Below the pieces are notes generated by a model. That model was not told the origin of the DNA. It ran no database searches and was given only the letters and a program-made list of their open reading frames with translations. Positions 14,559-27,520 of a DNA stretch of 64,000 nucleotides are shown piece after piece; positions within the stretch are counted from its first letter, which is position 1, and the number at the start of each line of letters is the position of its first letter. The translations under genes were made by a program, and so were the position numbers. The DNA comes from Moniliella sp. 'wahieum'. Lineage: Eukaryota. The DNA is taken from the NCBI GenBank assembly GCA_003971905.1, contig RSEE01000046.1, positions 62,001 through 126,000 of the forward strand, given 5' to 3'.

Positions 14559-16585
14559 ATGATCGAGAACGGACCCGAAAACGTACTGCTGGTCGATGAC
14601 AATGCTTCCGCTACCGCTGCCATCGCCATGGCCGAACAGGCTGATGAAGAGCTAAACGAGGACCAGCATCTTTCCTGGTCCAAACTCATGCCCTGGTACC
14701 GCCGCCGTCGCCGTGGTGGATCCACCCCCTGATCTTTTTGAACGCCTTTTCCCTCGCCATGTTTGCCCCCGTCATGATTTTGTTGGTGAACCAAATGGTG
14801 TGCGAAGAGACTGTCGGAAACCCTGGGCCGATGAGTGGGGCAGGAGTGAGGCACGATCAGGACGTGTGTCGCTCCCCTGCTGTCTTGGCCGAGGCGGCTG
14901 CGTTCCAAGTACGTATGAGTATCATCTCAGGAATCCTCGCAATGAGCACCACCGGGGTTTGGTCCCGGTTAGGCGACCAATATGGGCGCAAATTGCCCCT
15001 GGCCGTGATGATGGCGGCCAACATCGCTTGCATATCGATCGCCCTTATCGCATCGCTTCTTCCTCGCTTGCTTCCAAATTGGCAACGCAACTTTCTCTAT
15101 GTTATCTCCCTCGTAGGTGGCCTAGGGGGAGGAGACGTTGAGCGACGCTGTGCCCAGCAGCTACATCGCCGACACCTCCACCTCGGCCAACCGGTCGCAA
15201 GCGTACGCGATGTGCAAGAGCATCTCTTACGTCGGGATCATCGTCGCTCCCTACCTGTCCTCGTTAATCATCAGATGGTCGGGAGGCGAGTTGACACCAG
15301 TCCTGTTTGCTGGTTTCCTTATAAGCTTATTCGCGCTTGTCTATGGAACGCTCTCATCCCCGCTTCCCGCCCCCCTTCGGGACTCAAAGAAGCGCGGGAT
15401 GTGTATACAGAACAAGCACGAGCTCGATCGGAGAAGCTGAAAGATGCCTTGGTGTCGGCCAAGACTTGGTCGGAACGGGCTAAGGCCTACGTGTTGTTCT
15501 ACTGGGCACCTGTGGTGGCTACCCTGATGGTTTTGTTCCCCAAAGCACAAGGTATCGACTCGGACGAGCACGAGGAGGATGTCGGGAGCGAGAGGGAAAG
15601 CTTGATGAATGGACACGGTAACGAAGCAAGCGGGTATGGGGCGACTAGCAGCACGTCCTCCCCGCCGCCCTCTCCTGGGCCAAAGCTACACCATCACTCG
15701 AGCCGGTCACATATCTCCATCTCCCATCCAGGTCATGGCCCGATGGGTGGACGGGATTGGAATGTAACCATCGTTGCGATGGCTATACTGATCCTCAACA
15801 GCGTCTCCACCGGTAGCGCCTCCATCTCTCTTTTCTATCTCCAACAACTCTTCCATTTGGCCGCATCAGACATCGGTCCTTTTATCTCTGGTTCCGCTGT
15901 CCTCCATGTCGTCGCCCTGGGTCTCGTCTTGCCTCTGATCATCTCGATCGGACAAAAAAGGAAAAGGAGCGCATTAGTCTGCCCAAGACAATGGCGGTCA
16001 AGGCAATTTGTTGGATGAGAATGGTCGTCTTGCTTCCCTATCGGATCACGACAACGAAGACAGCGACGAGCAGGCACCTTCCGTCCCACCCTTTACGCGT
16101 TCGGAGGAGATGGTGGAGCGGGCGTGGACACTGCGGGAGAAACATCTGGGTGCGATCCAGGATGGTCGGTTTGATTATCGTCTGGCGCTGGCCACCATCT
16201 TGGTCTGGAGCGTGGCGCATGTGGGTCTCTTTGAGTCGCGCACGTTGACCGCGGTGATTTTTTGGGGTGCCCTCACGGCGTTTGGGGGGGGCTTTGGCGC
16301 AACGCTATCGTCGCTGTTGGTGAGGCTGATGCATGACCCTGCCCACACAGGCGCCATGTTTGGAGCGCTCTCGGTGTTCAATGAAGCGTTGGGCTCGATT
16401 GCTTCTCCCATGGCGTTTTCGTGGTTGTATAAGCTAACTGCAGCCTCGGACCGCTGGGCCGGCTCCTTTCTGCTGCTTGCTGCTGGGATCGCCGTTGTGG
16501 TTGCCCTCGTTTGGCTACCTCTCTTAAAGTGCGCACGCCAGCTTCTCTTCCTCCACTGCCTCCGCGACCGGCCAAGAGACGGTAA
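14559..16585 (+). CDS. MFS transporter (SLC46/TetA-like); frameshifted; end approximate
   Basis: GVWSRLGDQYGRK (motif A-like), SSYIADTSTSANRS, many TM segments, two halves separated by a hydrophilic loop, TGAMFGALSV. Confidence 0.85.
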
Positions 16586-17100
16586 ACCAACTATGTTTTT
16601 TCGCTTCAGCCGTCGTCTTCACAGTGCCGTCCCTCTTTTTCGCCCCCCTCAGCATGTATATATGTTGCCTACTGTGACTGACCCCACGTTGAAGCTGGGA
16701 CACAAGACTTGCGTCTATTTGTTTTGTACAATGCACAGCCAATGGGAACCTTCACGTTCATCCAACCTTTCTCCTGAGACCGTCAGACATCTGTAGAACA
16801 TTCGTGCAAACAAGATCCATGGTTTGAGTGCGAGGGGAAGAAAAAGAACCAAAGCGGAAACGAGAGGGTTGCAGGAGGGCTCATGATGAGCAACGGCCTC
16901 AGAGCCGACGGGAACGGAAACACAAAATGCGGCGAAGACAGAGGGTTGGACGTTGGATCGGTTCGGGGCAAAGGGATATGTACCAAGGAAAAAAAAAAGT
17001 AGACAACAAGGTCAAATCTCCACCATCATCGTATGGGCCAACCCACCCCACCACCACCAAGGACTTAGCGCGTAGCCCTAGCCTCAAGCAAGTGGGAGAG

Positions 17101-18148
17101 TTAGGCAGATTCAACAGAGGAAGAGGCAGAGGAAGAGGTAGAGGTCGAGGGCAGTATGGCAGGGCAGCGACGGGTGAGGAAGTTTTGTTTCTCCATTTGC
17201 TGCGACTCGGTCGGAGGACCGCGTGGCTGCCGCACCGGCATCCGCGTCACGGCCATCGACCCACGCGCACGTGCACGCAATGGCGCCAGGCGCACCGGTG
17301 CTGTGCCTGGGAGGTCTTGCCCGGCGGCCGGCTCGGGCGCCTTGACGCTCGATGCACGCCAGGACGCCACCCGGTCCGCCAAGGCGACAGCACGTTGCTT
17401 GCTCGCTCCTCCCGCGGGCGTCGCTTGCGCTAGGGGGGAGGGTGGGGTGGGTGGGGTCCCAGTAGCGGCCTGCGACGAGGCGGTCGAGATTGATCCTTGC
17501 GGCGGAGATGCGCTCCGGTCCGTCACGCTGGCAGGCGGCGAGTGCAGCCCAGTCTGTTGGGGCTTGGGGGGGGAACTGATAGAGATGGGGTCGGCTGGGA
17601 CAGAGGAACCGGCCACAGCGAGACCAGGGTCGGTTTCTTGCCACAGAGTGGCGGGGGATCGATCAAAGTGCTGGTCGTAGGGCGGGGCTAGGGGCTGGCA
17701 GGTGTCGGTTCGACATTAATAGGGTCATAGACAGTGGGCGACCACTGCTGCGGCTGGGGGTGCGGTCATTAAGTTGGGCAGCTGGGAAAAGAAGTGGATC
17801 GTGTTGCTGCTGTTGCCGGTGGGCTTCTACATTAGCGAGGTGGATGCGGCGATGGTACTCATACAAGCGTTGCTGCTGCTGCTGCTGTTGCTGCATCTGC
17901 TGCCGAACCTTCTCCTGCTCGAGCAAGCGCAGGCGGTGCTGCTGATAAGCACGCTGCTGAACCTCCTCCTCGAGACGGAGCTGCTGTTGGTAGGCAAGCT
18001 GCTGCGCCTCCTCCTCGAGACGGAGTTGCTGCTGATAGGCACGCTGCTGCGCCTCCTCCTCGAGACGAAGCTGCTGCAGTTGTTGGAGTTGGAGATAGTG
18101 CTGGGTGCGTTGGTCGAGAAGGCGTTGCTGGACGAGTTGCTGCTGTGT

Positions 18149-18183
<35 letters not shown>

Positions 18184-18551
18184 TTTGATCATCATGAGGC
18201 GTGCCAGTTCGGCGCGCTGACGCAGCTGGAGTTGAAGGTGTTGCTCTTGCTGCTGTGGGGCATAGTCGCGGTGCGGAGATGGGTGGGATGCGTGGTGGTG
18301 GTACTGGTGCTGGAACGGGGGCGGGTGCTGAGGCGGAGACAGGGCTGGGCGTGCTGGAAGCCGTGGTGAGCGGGGAGTGTGTGCCCGCGCGATTCGGGCG
18401 CGGTGAGTTGGAGAGCGGCGAGATGGCGTTCAAGGGAGGCGTAGCCGTATGCGTCGGCGGGCGGCGGGTGGCCAGCGTAGGCAGCGTACTCGGGGGGTGC
18501 CGGAATGCCGGCAGTGGCCAGGCTGGCGTGGAGAGCGGCGCGGTCGGACAT
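17101..18551 (-). CDS. Gln-rich (polyQ) low-complexity protein with C-terminal PVRQPRGPP...NF motif; frameshifted
   Basis: ATG 18551 (MSDRAALHASL); polyQ tracts; QQQLRLEEEAQQRAY repeats; C-terminal PVRQPRGPPTESQQMEKQNF, a motif recurring in fungal proteins. Confidence 0.6.
17941..18075 (-). repeat. 3 x 45-bp coding tandem repeat (QQQLRLEEE[AV]QQ[RL]AY)
   Basis: Units start at 17941, 17986 and 18031 with few mismatches. Confidence 0.9.
18138..18186. repeat. CAG/CAA trinucleotide microsatellite (polyQ)
   Basis: (tgc)n/(tgt)n tract. Confidence 0.85.
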
Positions 18552-19729
18552 GTGGGTGGGGGGACACGGGGGGGATGCGGGTCGTGCGGCACGGGTGGCT
18601 GGTATCGGGGCAGAGAGCGGAGCGGAGCGGGGGGCGGACGAGGCAAACAGACGACGGGTGGGCAGCAGCACAAGTGCCGCGGAGGCTGGCGCAGGAGGAG
18701 GTGGGGGAATGGGGAGGGGGGGGAGGGGGGGGAGGAGGGAAGAGGCGGAGGCGGAGGAGGCGAGGAGGAGGAAGCGGGAGGAGGTGGTGGTGGTGGTGGA
18801 TGGTGGTTAGGCCAAGGGACGGCAGTGGGCAGCCCGGCGGTCTGAATGGCAGGGGAACCAAGACTGGCGCCGTGCTGGGTGCCCCAAGACAGCCCACCCG
18901 CTGCGGCGGCAACAGCCCTCCGATCCTCGATCCCCGCTTGCGGCGACCAGGTGCTGCTGCTCGTCACACGCTCGTCACTAGCGTCACTAGCACCCACTCC
19001 CCGACCGGTGGTGGCAGTAGCACCCGCAGCGCACCACGCCACCACCAGTCTCTGCGTCGCCTCGCCTCCCCCGTCACGCGTCACCGCCTCACTTCCCCCT
19101 GTCGCCCCTACACTGGCGCCATGCCGCTCCGCCGCTGCATTGCAAGCCACTGTGTACACGCTGGAGGCTGCCCTACTGCTTCACGCCGTCTCGGTTCCTC
19201 GACACTCAATAATCCTCATTGGCCTCATTAATTCTCATTAATCATTGGCCATCGATAATCTAATGGATCGCAACGCGTAATCAATAATGAAGACCAATTA
19301 CCCTCTCGCTACCCGCCTTCGCTCAAGTGCCCTAGCCCCCCCCCTCGCTACCGAACGTCAGGAATCCGTCTCTTCCACCACTGCCCCCCAAGGGACAGTA
19401 ACAGTCGGGCTATATGCGAGGGAGACCAAGGTCCTGATGTCACAGAGACGGGGGAAATGCAATATCGTTCGTGGGGGACACAAGAGGCATCGGGCAGAGA
19501 ACAGCCGTAAGGGAAAGGGAAAAGCGAGATGCACGGGATGCAGAATTGATGGAAATTGGAACGAGGTTTGGTATGCATGACACCCAGCGCCTACTAGGCG
19601 CTTGCCGTTTGACCACCACGCCCCACAGGCCTCAGGCTGAGGCCTCATAATCTCTCTGCCCACAGAGTTCACCATTTCACCACTGTAGTATAGCATACCT
19701 GCATCGCACTACTAAATACTCCCGCGTTT

Positions 19730-20622
19730 ATGGACCCCCCTACTATACATCTGACAAAATGGCACGGCTTTGAGCACTATGAACCCACAGTTTCTCTTGG
19801 CCACCACCTGACCTCTACTGCCCCCTCACCACTGGCCAGTGCTGGTCAAACTGCCCTCCGGTTCCGATACAGCCCACACCCCACCCCTTGTCTCGTGAGA
19901 ACCCTGAGCTAAGCCAGATGGGGGCTGCAGGTTTGGCCCGCGACGCGGTCGTTGGAAAGCGGACGCGCAAGTTCCACCTACCACCGGCTGTGCATCTCAG
20001 TTGGCGAGCCTGCGCATGGCGTCCCCTTTTGCTCCTCCGAACAAACGCGCCGCCATAGCGTCAAGAGAGTAGGGCCAGGTGGTAGGCTGCCGAGCGCAGC
20101 AAGTACGATGCCCTGAAGGCCATGGGCACCTTCTAGGACACGAATCTATAATACCTCCCCAGCACACTGTGCTGTTAGCGCGCTTCGTCTAGGCGGTGAA
20201 GATGAACGCTGATAACACCTTCAAGAAATTCAATGAAAGCTCTCGTCTCGTGGCCCGCGAGGACCTCCAGGACACCCCCGACTTTTATCCGGCGGATGTC
20301 CTTCACCTGTACCCCATCTGGTAGAGTCCGTGAGAGTCAAGCCACGACATTGAAGTTACTGAGTGCTCCATGCCACCATCGTCGACTCTTGCTCTCTCAA
20401 TTGATGTGCTCTACGCCGCGGCACCAAGCGGCTCTATACGACTGTGACCAGCAACATTTCCTCCTTCACGCCCTGGACCGTTTAGGCAAATGCAAGACAC
20501 TGCAATCCCTCCGTCTCTCCATCAACGTCGACATCTTCTTGCCGCCCAAGCCCCCCGACGGCCTGACGACCTCCCCCCTGCCCGACGCTGAGCACCGTCA
20601 TCAGTACCACCGTCCCTTGTGA
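19730..20622 (+). CDS. Possible hypothetical gene or fragment (frameshifted)
   Basis: Coding-like pieces MDPPTIHLTKW..., MNADNTFKKFNESSRL...DVLHLYP and LLHALDRLGKCKTLQSLRLSINVD; no family recognised. Confidence 0.25.
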
Positions 20623-21986
20623 TGGGGGCCTTTTTGTTGGGAGCCTCGGTTGGACTGCTCTCTGATTTCGCATTCGCCCCTCATCCACACCTGCTCAGGT
20701 GCCACAGCAAGTAACCCCTGGAACGTTCGCTCGACGCACACATCATGTCCTCCTGGGCACATCCATGGTAGATTGGAATGGCGCCCACGCTGCAGGCCAC
20801 TTACAGTGACTCAGTCAGGTACTCCTCAGTACTCAGTAGTACTCAGTCTGAGTGGGGAACTCACGGGTCACCAGCCCGCATGGTCATGTCACGTGTCACA
20901 TGTCACATGGCTAGCCCCCACACCCACTCTTGCTATCTACGTCTTTCCCCTCCTAAGCTCTAAGTCTCTATGCCAGTCCGCTTCAAGTCCCTCGGGTGAA
21001 TACCGCCACCATCTCCTACCCTCATGCCTCAGGAAGAGTGAGCCTCACTTCCCTGCTCCAGCGCTCGAATGGAACCGAGGCACTGAATCTAAATCTGGAT
21101 TCGAATCCGGATCTAAATATCAAATCCAAATCCACTCGCAAAAAAACTCAATCAATCTGCATGTCAGCGCGTGTGTCAGAGTGGCTCACGCTCAGCGCGG
21201 TAGGATCAACCGCGCTCAGCCGCTCAGCCTAAGCCGTTCAACTTACGGCTCAACGTAACGTTGGGTTCAACGCCCCCGCCCAGCCCTATATACCCGGTAC
21301 CCACAGCCCTAGTCAAGCTTCAAGCTTCAACTTCAAGCTTCAAGAGTAGCTCATGCAGCGAGAGTTCAACGTTTGAATTCATAGCATGGATGAATGGACA
21401 ACTCGATTGGATTGGATACGGTGGTACGCGCCAGTGTCACAAGGAGTGGCAAAGGCCTGCACACATCGTCCATCATAAATCAATCAGTAGCACTCGTATT
21501 CAGAAACCAGTACAACAGTGCATCAGCATCATCGATATCATCATGCCTGAGCACTACATCAGCGCATATGGATAATCACCCATTAATCATTGGGCATCCG
21601 CACTCCGTAACTCAGTGTACTCAGTACCAGTCACCGGTCACCGGCCACTGACTAACTCAGTATTCAGTCTGAATACTCACTATGGGCTGAGCGCTTGAGC
21701 CAGCACACCAGTGGTTCCTGAAGCTGAGGGAGGCCTGAATTAATCACACGCATCACGCATCACTTGTCACATGTCACAGTCGCGTTCAAACCCATCGTCC
21801 CTCCCACGCTCCCGTCGAAGCGGGCGGGCTGCGCCCCGTGCCCAAGATAGAATCCCGCCAGTCTGTGGGGAGTGGGTCGTGTTGGTCCACCGGCCACCCC
21901 TGTCCACATGATGCATGAGCGTGTGCATGACCACCCTCGTCTGGCACCGAGGGCCTGCGCCGGAGGAGTGACTGGAGCCTGAAGCT

Positions 21987-22027
21987 GTTGAACGTTGAAC
22001 GTTGAACGTTGAACGTTGAACGTTGAA
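21987..22027. repeat. (GTTGAAC)5+ heptamer array (TGA+ACGT class)
   Basis: gttgaac x5 followed by gttgaa. Confidence 0.95.
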
Positions 22028-22985
22028 GTTGAAGCTTCCAACTTGAAGCGACAGTCTGGGGCCCTGAGGAGGTTGGAGATAGCGTGGGCTAAGCGCTAAG
22101 GCTAGTGCCTGGCTTCCTGAGGCCCGAAAGTCTGGGGCCTCGAAGGGTGATGGCGGTGCCAATGCGAAGGTGAGATGTGATATGCGATGTGCGATGCGTG
22201 GTTGCATGCTAGGCGCTAGAACGAGATAGGGATTACATCGATTATTGAACCGGCCTAACCGGTAACGCGTTGCTGGTAGGGCGACGGCCTGCTGGTTTGC
22301 CGAGCCAAGTCCTGCCAAGTCTACTTACTGGTAGGGCAGCCATAATGCATAACCGGATAACCTGCAAGGAAACCAGCTCTGCGCTCCGTGCTCCGCGCCG
22401 CTCCCAGCTAAAACCCAGCTGCCCCAGACCACACCCGCCCCCTGCCCCTGGCCCCGTGCTCCACGCTCCACGTGCCCTGGCCCAGAGTCAGCCGCCGCTT
22501 CATGCGGCGCACACTGGCCCTGGGCCATCTCCGCTGTTCGTTTTGCCACTGCCGCCTGGTGCTTGCCAGCGCGCGCGCTTCCGGGGCCACTGCCCCCAGG
22601 CCACTCCCACCCGCTGTGTAAGATTGCGCATGTGCATGCGCATAACCCACTGGTACCCACGGCTACCAACCTCTTGCCGCCCGTGGCGGCCTCCCACTGC
22701 ATCAGCACATCGGTCCAGCAGCAGCAACCAGCCAGTATTGTGCTTATGCCATCGACATCATGCATCATGCACCATGCATCACATGTCACGCATCTGCCGC
22801 ATCATGCATCACCCACCTCACCGGTCACCGATAATCAATCAGCGACCACCAAACTTCCCATACGCGCCCCTGGGGGACTGGGCTGTTGTTTAACCAGCCA
22901 ACCGTCGGCGCTTTACGGTCTGTAGGTCCCCCCCCACGGTGCCCACCCTCAGGCCTCCCCCGCCACCGTCCTTCTTTTCCACGCC

Positions 22986-24876
22986 ATGGGCACCCTTCAT
23001 CGCCGTTCTCTCTCGTCGCCCGAGCCCGACCGCTCCGGATACGTGGCCGCCTTGACGCGCTGGCTGGTATCCGCGCCCTGCTTGCCCAGACAAGGCTCCC
23101 CGACCCGCTCGACCTCGGCTTTGCCTCCCCGTTGCCACCGACGACAGTGCGACGACAGCAGCGACGATCAACTCGTGCCAGCGCCGGCAGCCAGGTGCTT
23201 TGTACCGGTTTCCCTGGCGCTCGGCGGCGAGACGTGCTGCCTCTCTCCATGGTGGGCGGGAAAAGAGCGGCCCGGCGCTTGTTGACCGAACGACCGCCAT
23301 CGCCTAGACGATCTGGATTTGCGTCAGCCTGCTCCTCGCATTGGCGTCGGGGAGGGATAGCGTTTGGGCAGGCTCTCCTCTGTGGAGGCAGCCTGGGTTC
23401 CCTCTCTCTGCCATGTGAAGCAGCCAAGCTGGACGTATCCAAAGCCGCGCTGCAAGCTCACCTCGTTGCCGCCCGGGATCAGTGCGTCTGCTCCTGTCTG
23501 GTCTCCGGACGTGGCTCCCAATCGGGCGGGCTGTCGACCAAGTTGCCGAGCATGTCGCAAGTGCAAGATATTTCGGCTCGCTCCTCATTGAGGCTGGCAG
23601 TGCTCTAGCCAGCCTCAAGACCCACCTTGATGCGGCAACCGAAGCTGTCGGGGGCGAGTGGAGCCAAGAGATGGAGGCCCTCTTGTCCCGCACGGGGCAG
23701 GCAACCAAGACGCTCGAGGTTCGTTTGGCCGAGTGGGGCACAGGGGCCCGGGCGGTCGTGTCGCGGGCCAAGGGCCAAGCTGAGGAGCTGGAGATGCGCA
23801 TTTACGATGCAGCTCTGGACATGGCATCGGAGGGAAGACGGTTGATCACCTATGCTGATCTGCCGATGCTGTGGAGGAACAATGAGTACATTCTTACTGG
23901 CTATCGCTTCATCCCCGTCAAACGATGGCCTAAGCTCGTTCAGAGTACCTTTGAGTGGCACAACGAGACTCTGAATGTCTGGTCCCACCTGCTTGGCATC
24001 GCCTTGGTCTTGTCTGCCCCCTGGCTCTTCCCGGCCCCTTCTTCCTCTGACTTGCCCGGCGCGGCAACGACACCGATGGACAAGATCATCTCCTTAGTGT
24101 ACCTGGGCGCAGCGATCGAGTGCATGGCATTCAGCGTCAGCTGGCACGTCATGGCCGGCTGCTCCGACTTTCATTACTTCAATCTGTTTGCTTGTGTGGA
24201 TTACACCGGTATTGGTTGGCTCATCTCGGCGAGCGTGTGGACGGTGGTGTACAACCTGTTCTACCAACAGCCCAACATTATCTGGGCATATGTTACAGTC
24301 ACCTTCCTTTTGGCTGTGGTGTGCACGATTGTGCCCTTTATCCCTTGGTTCAACGAACGGCGCAACAAGGATACCGAATCGCCATCTTTGTCACCTTGGC
24401 CGGCTTTGCCGTCTTGCCCATTGCGCATGCCGCGTATGCCCATGGTGTGACCAACACTATCCACTACCTTGCCCCCGTCACCCCTAGCATTGTGGCCTAT
24501 GTCACTGGCTTGCTCTTTTATGCCACCCACTTTCCCGAATCGTACTTCCCCGGTCGGTTTGATTACATTGCCCATGCACATCAAATCTGGCACGCGGCCA
24601 TCGTTCTCGCCGTCTTGCTTCACTACCGCTGTGTCCAAAACTGGCACATCCAGCGCGCGGCCTTTGCGGACCCCGTCACCCTGCTCGGTGGGTCGACAAC
24701 CAGCGGACTGGGCAAAGTACTCCCCTTCCTCCCCAACTACCAAGATAACGAGGCGCTGCTCACCACCGCTGATGCGGCCGTGTGGGTTCCGGCAATCACT
24801 CGGTTCCCTTGCGGGAGGGGCGGTTGGGCGCACATATTCGTTCGTGGTGGGCTGGGTGAACGAAAGGCTGAGCTAA
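22986..24876 (+). CDS. PAQR/Izh (haemolysin-III-related, adiponectin-receptor family) membrane protein; frameshifted
   Basis: LITYADLPMLWRNNEYILTGYRF, WHNETLNVWSH, SVSWHVMAGC, DYTGI, FYATHFPE..FPGRFDYIAHAHQIWH; conserved Zn-binding His residues; start and end approximate. Confidence 0.92.
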
Positions 24877-25482
24877 GTTGTCACTCTCCCTTGTCCTGGG
24901 GCCACCTTCGATGGAAGGCCCCAAGTCCCGAGCCTCGCCTCGCCTGCTTGCTCGATTACTCCTGGTCTTTCCTGCCTGCATTCGGTCGGGCCTTGCTGTT
25001 ACTCTCCCCCCCCCCCCGTCATCCTTACAGACAATGACCACACCGTCATTTCCCCTTCCTTTCCCCCGCGCGCCTGCCTTGTCAATATGTTGTTGAACTC
25101 GTTCTCGCACTTTTAGAATTCGCCTCGCTCATTCCATTTCTATAAGCACTGGCTTCAAACAAACAGACCCATTTAGGGATTCTTCATCTACCAACCAACA
25201 CTTTCTTTGTTCGCCATAAAGACAATGGATTTTTCATCCGCCTGGGGCCAGGGCGAGTGTGCGCGGTCCAGCGTCAAGCCGACAGAGGGGATCATGCAAC
25301 GCATGACGAGCCCGAGGAGGAGGCCCAGGTAAGGAGGTAGGGGTAGAACAGTCCGCCGTCCCCCGCTCAAGGTGCATAATAAGGCTCTGCCAAGTAAGAC
25401 AGGAAAAGACCATGGCGGCCCAGAGAGGGCAGGGGAGGAAGACGCGATTGAAAGAGTTGCATGCATTGCATTGCATTGCTCC

Positions 25483-25901
25483 AAGCCGCCGTCTTCTTCA
25501 GCTCCTCGCCAGCAGCTTCCTCCGCTGCTGCTTGAGGTGGGTAATCTCAAAGCGCTGGAAGTCGGTCGTTGACTTCTTGGCCTCGCGAGCGGCCAGCGTC
25601 TTGGCCCAGTTGCTCGCCGCCCACTTCTCCGCCACACCGGCCTTCTCAAAGTACTTCTTCACCACCTTGGAGCGCGCAGCGCGGGGCAGGTCCTTGACCA
25701 CAAACTTGGTCAGGATCAAGTACTTGTACTGGAACGGCTGGCGCGCCACCCAGTGGTGGGGCCGTCAATGATCGCCCGGTTGGCGTCAATGATCTCGGCA
25801 ATCACCGCCAACTTGCCGTTGATCGGCGACGTTTCATCGTTGATCAGCACCACGCGGCCCACCTCGACAAAACGCTTGAAGGAGGACACTTGGGTCGACA
25901 T
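25483..25901 (-). CDS. RPL14: 60S ribosomal protein L14 (eL14); frameshifts near 25750 and 25505
   Basis: [19 protein letters not shown]...[42 protein letters not shown]...TDFQRF. Confidence 0.95.
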
Positions 25902-26059
25902 CTGCACCGCAAAGGAAAGGAAAGACGGTTAGCTACGTCGCGAGCCAGGTGGGCGCAAGCAGCTGCGGGTCGACGGGGCAGGCGGCCTTCGTTCATCAAC
26001 GGGCCCGGGCGCCTGTCAGACCGCCAGGCGGACGCGCTGCGAGAGAATGGGCCACGTAC
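25902..26059 (-). other. 5'-UTR intron ending immediately before the RPL14 ATG
   Basis: TTTACA|GTACGT ... GCTAAC, pyrimidine tract, CAG|ATG. Confidence 0.75.
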
Positions 26060-26360
26060 TGTAAAGACGATCTTGGAGAGAGATGGTGAGAACGAGCGAT
26101 CAGCACACGCCACCGTCATCTTCGGACGGGAACGCCAGCTCGCATCCCCAAACAGGCGCAGTGGCACCCAAGACCTGACACTCCCTCGATGCCCAGCTAG
26201 TAGGGTTGCTGCGGCGAATATTGCCCTAGCAGCGCCTCACGCGCCACACTCATTCAGGACCAGCGACCGGTGACCTGGAAATTGAACGGACCACTTCAAC
26301 CATTGCAACATTTCAATCAGCTCTACACAAAAGCGCCTCCCGCTTTGGGCCCTGGGCCCC

Positions 26361-27520
26361 ATGCGACGGCCCCATAGGCTTCACTCTTCACGCTTTGCCG
26401 TCACTGGGCCACCAATATCGAGTTGGGCAGCAGCTTTGAGTGCAACGCTCCTCCTCCCCTTTCACCGAGGGGTCCCCCGCATGCATGCCCAGGTTGATGC
26501 AGTTGCCCGAATGGGCTTTGGGGGAGAGAGCCTCCGTAAGGTGCACAGAGACCAAAGACACTGATCCGGCCATTCGAAGTCCTCTGCGACAGGCTCAGCT
26601 ACGTCTGGGGTAACCTGTGGCCCATCACTAGTCACTGCTCGAGCACCGATGGCACCGCCCAGTGACAGAAAGTGGCCATCTCCACGTTGGGGAGAAGGTG
26701 ACAATCGAAAGAAGTATTGGGCTTGGAATCGCTCCCAACAAATAGCTGGATCAGTGGTATGTCGCTGGGCTTACTCCCAAGGGCAGCGGTGCGCAGCCTT
26801 GTCCCCGGCCCAGGCAAGTGAAAGGGAACCGATGGAAATATTGAGCCTCTGTTGCAACCATTCATTTGCAGAAGGTACGGCTGGGACCAAGGAACTATAG
26901 ACCACCCTTTACTACCTTGCTGGCCCATACACGTCGCAGTTGGGCAGCCTCTCTCGTGCGGGATTCGGAACGAATGAGAGGAGGATATTTTCATCGTCTG
27001 AATCGCCTGGCTAGGCGGGGGCGAAGAATGCGGAGTGGCGCACAGTCAGAGTCCCCGGCGGACCCACACAGTACAGGCGCGGGGACCACGTTTTTTCCCC
27101 AAACCCGTCTTTGGCCCGGTCTGCAAAAAGCCGGCGTGCTCCATAGCGTTCTCCTCGGTTCTCGGTTTTAGCTGTGCTCGAATTGGCCGGTCCCATGTCA
27201 AGACGAGAAGATCAATCATGTACAGTTTCCGGTCATGGATCAGGCGCAGGCTCAAGCGGGTGGCCGACCGGCCGATTAAGGTCCAGTCAACGTGACCACT
27301 GGCCAATCTGCACTGGCACGATTCTTCGCCACCGACAGCTCTTGCCTGGCACAAGAGTCGATGGAACAATGTCGCCCATCTTGAGCACCAAGCCGACTTT
27401 GGCAGGTGATTTTGGAATACCTTGCTGGATTGCTTATGCCTGAGATCTGATGCCTGCCAGCAGGAACACGTCGAGTGGAGTACTTCAGTCTTCTTATGTG
27501 AGCCCAACCTCTAGCCCTCA
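26361..27520 (+). CDS. Possible PPR-like protein, heavily frameshifted
   Basis: tggaataccttgctggattgcttatgcc reads WNTLLD-AYA across one indel, which is PPR-consensus-like; other helical fragments (SSWAAALSA, FTTLLAH). Confidence 0.25.

Noticed and set aside
17663..19241. Long Pro/Gly/Arg-rich ORFs on both strands
   Set aside because: Produced by GC-rich low-complexity leader sequence and antisense to the polyQ gene; only 17101-18551 (-) is retained.
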